A DNA stretch of 32,000 nt, taken from Nitrososphaerota archaeon (lineage in GTDB: Archaea; Thermoproteota; Nitrososphaeria_A; Caldarchaeales; Calditenuaceae). Position 1 is the first letter of the stretch. Each line of letters opens with the position of its first letter. Below are positions 9,178-15,092 of this stretch, in pieces. Position numbers and translations under genes: made by a program. The stretch is from positions 23,222-55,221 of the forward strand of contig JAVYLC010000004.1 in the NCBI GenBank assembly GCA_038741355.1, written 5' to 3'. The notes under the pieces were generated by a model. The model worked only from the letters and a program-made list of their open reading frames with translations. It was not told the DNA's origin and did no database searches.

Positions 9178-9195
9178 CCTTAAGTTGACAGTCCC
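9178..9195. repeat. IS right terminal inverted repeat
   Basis: CCTTAAGTTGACAGTCCC is the exact reverse complement of 8522-8539. Confidence 0.9.
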
Positions 9196-9405
9196 AAAAA
9201 CCAAGGAGAAAGAGAAATAAGAGCATCCCAGAGTTTTTAATAAGCGATTGTTGACTATGATGTTCTACCCTCGGGCAGGAAGGTAAGGGTTTTTGCTGAG
9301 AAGGCTATCTCATACCTCCTGAACCTGACGTTTTCGAGCGGTGCGTAGCCCTCGAGATAAGCGTTGACCCCCCTCACTCAGGCTGTAGGGGCCCGAGACT
9401 ACCCC

Positions 9406-10908
9406 TTAGACCCCTCTATGGAACATCTCGATGACTACGTAGTTTGCCAGGAGCTCGGCTATCTCAGGCGGGACTGAGGCGAGGAGCTGGAATATTGAAC
9501 CCATCTCCTTAGGGAAGCCTTTCTCAAGCCCCAAGGTTTTGAGGATTTCCTCGCCGTGGGCTTCGAGGAATTTCTCAGCCTCGGTGTATAGTTTTGCAAG
9601 TGATGCTAGGTCCATCTCCGCCGGCATAAGCAATCCAAAGACGTTGCTGAAGATGCTTAGAAGCGCTTCAGCCTCTGTTGGTGGCATCTTCTTTACAGTC
9701 TCGGTGCATTCCTTTAAGTCTGAAATCATGGATTCTGCTGTCTCGTCGTGGATTGGTGTTATTGTGAGGTGAATGCTTGGCGGGATTCTCATACTCTCAA
9801 TTCCTTTTTGAGGTAGAAGACCCCAACCTCTCTTCGCCATCTCGTCAGAAAGTCTGAAGATGTTGAGCCCGGGTGATGTGAACGCTGCGATGACGGTGGG
9901 CTCGCCCAGTACGCTATAGCCCGCATCCTTAAACCCATTAGCAATCTTCCTTCTAGCGGAGATTATCTTTCGCGCAAGATCCATATAGCCCTCCTGCCCG
10001 AAAAACTGGAGCGTAGCCCATGCGGTGGCTAGCAGGGCCTCGGAGCGTGAGGACAGGACTGCAGGATTGACGATCGGGTATCCAGGCCAGCGGAGATTCG
10101 CGAACTGTGAGAAAATCTTGGAGAACTTATTTCTGAAGAGCACTACGGATGCTCCTATCGGTGTGTAGGCGTATTTGTGAGGGTCTAGGGAGATGGAAGA
10201 GACGCCCTCAATCCTAAAGTCAAATACGGGAACCCTGTCTCCCAGCTCCCTCATAAACGGTAAAACAAACCCACCTACACAAGCGTCCACGTGGAGCCAC
10301 ACCCCCTTGTCCACCGCAATCTCCGCCAAGTCTTTTATCGGGTCTATTGTGCCGAAGGGCCAGTTGGGGGCAGAGCCTACAATCATCGCGGTGTTGTCTG
10401 TCAAAGCCTCGTTTATGGTGTTGGGATCGGCCGTGAAGGTGTTCTCGTCTATTTTTACACGCTTCACCCTCATCCCCATGTATTCGGCGGCCTTGTCGTA
10501 GCAGGGATGCCCAGTCACTGGCATCACGATCTCAGGCATCGTTAAGAACCCCTTCTTCAGAATAAAGCTGTCGCGAGCCGACTTGACCGCGAGGAAAACA
10601 CTCTCCGTCCCACCGAAAGTAAATGTCCCTGCTACCTGATCGTCCCCATGCATTAGAGAGACCGCATAGTCGACAATGTCCTTCTCCATCCTTATCGAGC
10701 TTGGAAACTCGGTAAAGTCAAGCATGTTTTTGAAAGCAAACCTCTTAAACACCTCAAAGACAACCTCTCTCATCTCCTCAACACCAGGCTCAAAGGCGAT
10801 TGTGAAGAGCCTTCCACCATAGGGGTCGAGATCATCCCTCTCATATTCCCTCAGCCTCTCCAAGATTTCATCCCTGCTCAACCCCTTCTTCCCCAAGACA
10901 GACCTCAT
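9406..10908 (-). CDS. PLP-dependent group II decarboxylase / sphingosine-1-phosphate-lyase-like enzyme
   Basis: SISLDPHKYAYTPIG contains the PLP-lysine motif. Fold-type I layout, plus a helical C-terminal extension of about 110 aa. The track ORF begins at TTG 10932; the first ATG is at 10908 (MRSVLGKKGLSRDEILERL). Confidence 0.75.
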   Translation of the reverse strand: MRSVLGKKGLSRDEILERLREYERDDLDPYGGRLFTIAFEPGVEEMREVVFEVFKRFAFKNMLDFTEFPSSIRMEKDIVDYAVSLMHGDDQVAGTFTFGGTESVFLAVKSARDSFILKKGFLTMPEIVMPVTGHPCYDKAAEYMGMRVKRVKIDENTFTADPNTINEALTDNTAMIVGSAPNWPFGTIDPIKDLAEIAVDKGVWLHVDACVGGFVLPFMRELGDRVPVFDFRIEGVSSISLDPHKYAYTPIGASVVLFRNKFSKIFSQFANLRWPGYPIVNPAVLSSRSEALLATAWATLQFFGQEGYMDLARKIISARRKIANGFKDAGYSVLGEPTVIAAFTSPGLNIFRLSDEMAKRGWGLLPQKGIESMRIPPSIHLTITPIHDETAESMISDLKECTETVKKMPPTEAEALLSIFSNVFGLLMPAEMDLASLAKLYTEAEKFLEAHGEEILKTLGLEKGFPKEMGSIFQLLASVPPEIAELLANYVVIEMFHRGV

Positions 10909-11173
10909 GACTATCACAAATAACGGTAGCAAATATGTAGATAAGGCTTTACCAGATGAAAACCCTATGTGACAAACGCGCCACCACCAAGAGAAGACTA
11001 AGGATTCGTGTGAGGAGTTGCATAAAAGCTTGCTAAGAGAAAGAACATGGCTAGGACAATTACCAGTCTGCTTCGGTCAGGCACCATCCTTCCCCTCGCA
11101 AACACGCTATAATGGTTGTTTTGGTTCTGGTTATTATTTGTTGGGCGAGATTATGTATTTCTAAAAAAATAAG

Positions 11174-11189
11174 TGTAAATATATTTACA
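11174..11189. promoter_or_regulatory. perfect 16-bp palindrome TGTAAATATATTTACA upstream of the Tat-flavoprotein gene
   Basis: Read directly; self-complementary. It lies 76-91 nt upstream of ATG 11265, inside a very A/T-rich stretch of the 330-bp divergent intergenic region. Confidence 0.4.
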
Positions 11190-11264
11190 TTAAATTTTTA
11201 ATTAGCGTTATATGTTTTGAGACACCGGTTAAAATCTTAGGGATAAGATTGATGTACGAGGAAA

Positions 11265-12761
11265 ATGTCCCAGAAGCCCGTTTTTAGCAGGAGGTCGTTC
11301 CTCCAGGGCCTAGCCGCAGGCGTCGTTGTGGGCGGTGCAGCGGTAGGAGCATCTTGGGGAGTTTTCCAACAGATGCAACCCGTATATTGGAAGCCCCCCG
11401 AGAGATGGGATTTAGAGTCCGACGTGGTTGTGGTTGGCTTTGGCGTCGCCGGCTCGGCCGCAGCCATAGAGGCCGCCGCCAACGGTGCATCGGTCATCGT
11501 AATCGATAAGTCTTCAACGCCCGGGGGCAACGGCGTAATGTCTGGAGGTAACATGGGTGTCGTAAACTCATCCATCCAAAGAGAGAAAAACATGCAGACC
11601 GACCCAGCTCAATGGTACAAAAGCGTGCAGGCACTAATGAAGGCGACTCACTGGGAACCACCTTTCCCAGATAGGGACATGAAATATGTCGAGAAGGTGG
11701 GTGTAGATGTTGGAGACTGGCTTCCCACACTAGGGGTGGAGTATGACTTAGTAACGCCAACGCTGCTAAGGACTAAGGGAGGAGGCTCGGCGCTTGTTTC
11801 AGCCCTCCAGAAAGCCGCGAAGGATAAGGGGGTGAGGGTCGAGACAGAGTTAAAGGTTGTACAGTTGGTTGCACGTCCCGACACAACAATGGTTATGGGC
11901 GTTGTTGGGGAGCGGAATGGAAGCAGAGTCTTCGTCAAGGCCCGTAGAGCCGTGGTATTGACTACCGGCAGCTTCTCGGCGAACAAAGACCTACTAAAAC
12001 ACCTCAGCCCAGTAGGATATCATGCAGTCCCAATAACCTCGGCTGTAAGCACGGGTGACGGACTATTAATGGCACAGGCCTTAGGAGCCGCAATCATAAA
12101 CACATACCACATCAGCGGATTCCCCGCCATAGCAAAGATCAATTCGAGATACAGGTATAGGGGAATATCGGCCATCTTCGTCAACGAGAAGGGCTATAGA
12201 TTTGTCAACGAGGGTGCACACTTCGATATATTGAATGAGGAGATATTCTACCAGCCCGGCAGCCACGCATGGCTTGTTACAGACAGTGAACAGGTTAAGA
12301 AGAGTACGGGAAAGGGGATAAGCACGGCTTTCTCTGAAGACCTCTCAAAAGAGGTGACCCAGGGCGTCGTGATAAAAGCTGACTCCCTCGAAGCATTAGC
12401 AGAAGCGATAAAAGTTAACAAGGCAAACTTTTTGAAAACAGTAGAAGCATGGAATGAATGGGCTAATAAAGACAAGAAGGACCCCGATTTTGGCAGGGCA
12501 GACTCACCTGACTTCACGTTTTCACCGATTCAGACCCCGCCGTTCTACGCGGTCGAGCTTGTGCCCAGCATATCGGAGACCAACGGGGGCCTGTTGGCCG
12601 ACGCCGAGTCGCGCGTAATCAATGCCAATGGCAAACCCATTCCAAGGCTTTACGCAGCAGGAGACGTTGTAGCAGAGGGGCTCATATCCCATCTAGGCGA
12701 GTCCATCTTCTTTGGCAGGGTCGCCGGTAGAAACGCGGCAAGAGAGCAGCCATGGACATAA
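11265..12761 (+). CDS. Tat-exported FAD-dependent oxidoreductase (FAD_binding_2, flavocytochrome-c/KstD-like flavoprotein), substrate unknown
   Basis: Twin-arginine signal FSRRSFLQGLAAGVVVGGAAVGA. FAD Rossmann DVVVVGFGVAGSAAAIEAAANGASVIVIDK. C-terminal RLYAAGDV. PPFYAVELVPSISETNGG matches the capping/FAD region layout of the family. Confidence 0.8.
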   Translation: MSQKPVFSRRSFLQGLAAGVVVGGAAVGASWGVFQQMQPVYWKPPERWDLESDVVVVGFGVAGSAAAIEAAANGASVIVIDKSSTPGGNGVMSGGNMGVVNSSIQREKNMQTDPAQWYKSVQALMKATHWEPPFPDRDMKYVEKVGVDVGDWLPTLGVEYDLVTPTLLRTKGGGSALVSALQKAAKDKGVRVETELKVVQLVARPDTTMVMGVVGERNGSRVFVKARRAVVLTTGSFSANKDLLKHLSPVGYHAVPITSAVSTGDGLLMAQALGAAIINTYHISGFPAIAKINSRYRYRGISAIFVNEKGYRFVNEGAHFDILNEEIFYQPGSHAWLVTDSEQVKKSTGKGISTAFSEDLSKEVTQGVVIKADSLEALAEAIKVNKANFLKTVEAWNEWANKDKKDPDFGRADSPDFTFSPIQTPPFYAVELVPSISETNGGLLADAESRVINANGKPIPRLYAAGDVVAEGLISHLGESIFFGRVAGRNAAREQPWT

Positions 12762-14185
12762 ATTACTCCCCCAAACACCACCCCCTCTTTTTTTCAATAA
12801 TTTTAATCCTCACACTTCTTTTAGTTACTAATGCCGCTTATGCTCAACAGGCTGTAGTGATAAGGGCATACACCGCCAAGATAACTCCAGTAATAGACGG
12901 TGTTATTTCAGAGGGTGAATGGGGTGACGTACCGCTCCTCAGAGAATCTGTTACAAAAGCCAGCATTGCCTTCAAACACGATAGCCAACACCTATACTTC
13001 TTAGCCATCTTCGAGAGCCCTAGTCCAACACCGCGCGACTATTTTGGCTTAGAGTTTGACCCTGACGGGGACCAAGCACACATGGGTAGTGAGGAGGCTC
13101 CCGATTACGCTATCCTCGTCAGCCCATCTTATGGGGGCAACCATGCCAAGGAGGCCATTCTACCAGGACCCGCAAAACCGATACTATACGAAGAGCTAGG
13201 ACTTGCAAGCGACGTGGTTGGAAGGATGGAGTGCCGTGATGGGCGCTGCGTGGTTGAGGGAGCGCGGCCGCTCACCATGGATGCTAGGAATATGCTGGAG
13301 CTAACGCTTGAAAAGCCTGTCGGCATAGGCTTTGCTGTAGGCCAGTTTGGTAAAGGAATAGAGCACCGAGCAACAGACATGGCTTCATACGTCCTAGTTC
13401 TCGTCCGGGAAGAGTTTGTAGGAAAGGTTGAAGAGGTCTTCGACTTCTATGGAGCAGTTTCAGAATACGGCCCATATGCCTGGTACGTGGCTGTAGCGGG
13501 TGTTTTCGCCCATCTCGCGAGAAGAAGGGCCTGGAGAGCTCCCAAGCACAGCGAGACAGTTCTCCTTGAAAGACATATCAGGGAAGCCAGGATAGCGCAT
13601 TGGATGAGGGTCGCTGTATTAACCATTATGATTATAACAGGGTTAAGCATTCTGTTTAAGCTCCCACTCTTCGGCGGGCTGACCAGAGACATGCACATAT
13701 GGTTCGCATTCGCAATCCTGCTGGCAGACCTACCCTTACACATATACTCCATGATAAAGAAAGGCGAGTGGAGACATCTATTAGTGTTTAACAGAGACGA
13801 CATATATGTAACACTTACTATTGTCAAAAACTTTCTAGGATTAACGAAAGAATATCCACCTCACGCGGTCTACGACGCCAAAACAAAAACATACTACATG
13901 AAGAGGAAATATTGTTCACTACAGAAGCCCCTGGTATGGTGTTACTTCGTATCGCTGGCAGTTTTCGGGCTGACAGGTTTTGCCATGGCGTATCCAAGCC
14001 TCTTCCCATGGGTCTTCACACTACTCGGCGGAGGCCTCAACGTCAGGGCGCTACACCTACTCGTCTTCTACCTATTCAGCGGAGTCTTCTTTGCCCACAT
14101 CTACCTCTCACTCATACCAGAAAACTGGAACAGGCTGAAAGCCATAATAACAGGGTCGTGCAAAATCCCAGTAATTAACCAATAG
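12752..14185 (+). CDS. membrane protein: Sec signal, DOMON/EB_dh-like extracytoplasmic domain, then a b-type cytochrome (FdnI/Ni-hydrogenase cyt b-like) membrane domain
   Basis: Signal peptide FFSIILILTLLLVTNAAYA. KITPVIDGVISEGEWGDVPLL..FKHDSQHLYFLAIFE resembles DOMON/CBM9-like heme or sugar domains. The C-terminal half has ARIAHWMRVAVLTIMIITGLSILFK, DMHIWFAF, PLHIYSM and ALHLLVFYLFSGVFFAHIYLSL, i.e. TM helices with conserved His typical of di-heme cyt b. It overlaps the flavoprotein gene by 10 nt. Confidence 0.6.
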   Translation: MDINYSPKHHPLFFSIILILTLLLVTNAAYAQQAVVIRAYTAKITPVIDGVISEGEWGDVPLLRESVTKASIAFKHDSQHLYFLAIFESPSPTPRDYFGLEFDPDGDQAHMGSEEAPDYAILVSPSYGGNHAKEAILPGPAKPILYEELGLASDVVGRMECRDGRCVVEGARPLTMDARNMLELTLEKPVGIGFAVGQFGKGIEHRATDMASYVLVLVREEFVGKVEEVFDFYGAVSEYGPYAWYVAVAGVFAHLARRRAWRAPKHSETVLLERHIREARIAHWMRVAVLTIMIITGLSILFKLPLFGGLTRDMHIWFAFAILLADLPLHIYSMIKKGEWRHLLVFNRDDIYVTLTIVKNFLGLTKEYPPHAVYDAKTKTYYMKRKYCSLQKPLVWCYFVSLAVFGLTGFAMAYPSLFPWVFTLLGGGLNVRALHLLVFYLFSGVFFAHIYLSLIPENWNRLKAIITGSCKIPVINQ

Positions 14186-14480
14186 CACCCGGGTATCCGG
14201 ATCACAACAGCACAGCAGACCAAGATCCTATCTAAGACGGGACAAATGTTTAACAATGTAGATAGACCTAGGCTATGATTGATTAAACCTCCAGCCGCGC
14301 TGAACCAGATAATAAGCAAGCTCGAACTATTAAAGACAGCCTAGCTTATGTCGCCCACCCCCATGCGGGATAAAGCTCTAAATAATCCCCCATACAACCC
14401 TCAAATGTATTGGGCACACAGCTATTAACACGAGTATATGTGCCGCCCAACAGAGAAAAGTTGTGCCCAGCACTGAAAAT

Positions 14481-14523
14481 GGGCCCGTAGCTCAGCATGT
14501 ATGGAGCGCCGGCTGCATGCCGA
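14481..14523 (+). tRNA. orphan tRNA 5' portion (split-tRNA half, relic, or a multi-intron tRNA I cannot fold by eye)
   Basis: GGGCCCGTAGCTCAGCATGTATGGAGCGCCGGCTGCATGCCGA has an acceptor 5' strand, UA, a D-stem GCTC/GAGC and the start of an anticodon arm. No T-arm (GGTTCRANTCC) and no CGGGCCC 3' acceptor strand occur within several hundred nt on either side. Confidence 0.35.
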
Positions 14524-14746
14524 AATACATGAAGTCTCGGCGCCCCCTACGACCTCGGCATCAAAGCTCTTGAGAGTAGTTAAAAGGTTCGCCACATATC
14601 AATACGCCGTACTTCCCGCAGCGCCGTTTCTCGAGTAACCCGCGTACCTGAAACTTTTTTCTGAGATCCTTATCAATTTTCAAAAATCTGTAAATCTCCA
14701 TCCCATGTGATAACTGGCTGGAAGGCAGGAGATCGAGACTCAAGAG

Positions 14747-14753
14747 TTTATAA
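14747..14753 (+). promoter_or_regulatory. TATA-like box (TTTATAA) for the hjc-like/helicase operon
   Basis: Centred 29 nt upstream of ATG 14779 and only 17 nt upstream of ATG 14767. This favours a leaderless transcript starting at 14779. Confidence 0.4.
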
Positions 14754-14778
14754 CTGTGCTAGTTAAATGCTAGTCAGT

Positions 14779-15075
14779 ATGAGCTATAGGAGTGGTAGGA
14801 GGTTTGAGTATAGGGTGCGGGACATATTCGCTAGGAGTGGGTGGGTTGTTATAAGGGCCGCTGCCTCTAAGCCGGTTGATCTGGTATGTCTCAAGGCCGG
14901 TCGCGCAGTCCTCCTCGAGTGTAAGTATAACAGGAGGAGCCTCCCTGCAAAGGATGCTAAGCGCCTGGTCTCCTTGGCTAGGAGGGCCGGTGCGGAACCT
15001 GTCGTGGCGTTGGCCATGAAGAGGGGGAAGCCGGAGCTACTATCCCTGCAGACCAATACACCGTTCAATCCATAA
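14779..15075 (+). CDS. Hjc-like PD-(D/E)xK nuclease (archaeal Holliday-junction-resolvase family), short form
   Basis: Motif spacing FEYRV (E), VDLVC (D) and LLECK (E-x-K) matches the Hjc catalytic pattern. Only about 98 aa, shorter than canonical Hjc. The track ORF starts at ATG 14767. Confidence 0.6.
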   Translation: MSYRSGRRFEYRVRDIFARSGWVVIRAAASKPVDLVCLKAGRAVLLECKYNRRSLPAKDAKRLVSLARRAGAEPVVALAMKRGKPELLSLQTNTPFNP

Positions 15076-15092
15076 ATATGATCCGGTGGTGA

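Larger units (their letters stand above)
8522..9195 (-). mobile_element. IS6-family insertion sequence, apparently intact (674 bp)
   Basis: Perfect 18-bp terminal inverted repeats (GGGACTGTCAACTTAAGG at 8522-8539, CCTTAAGTTGACAGTCCC at 9178-9195) enclose a single DDE transposase ORF. Confidence 0.85.

Noticed and set aside
8514-9203. 8-bp target-site duplication flanking the IS
   Set aside because: The flanks CCAATAAC and AAAAACCA are not identical; only a loose AAnAAC similarity exists.
11265-12761. Calling the Tat flavoprotein a fumarate reductase
   Set aside because: By-eye alignment shows the His/Arg substrate-binding motifs of soluble fumarate reductases are replaced (FPA, SETNGG, SHLGES). 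Only the family-level call is kept.
14479-14496. Treating the 18-nt identity with the tRNA-Arg 5' end as proof of an att duplication
   Set aside because: Acceptor and D-stem sequences are frequently shared among tRNAs of one genome, and the two sequences diverge immediately afterwards (different D-loop and anticodon arm). It is kept only as a hypothesis in the findings.
14561-14743. 60-aa minus-strand ORF between the tRNA fragment and the hjc-like gene
   Set aside because: It has a TTG start (46 aa from the first ATG), no motif and no obvious promoter, so coding status is unsupported.
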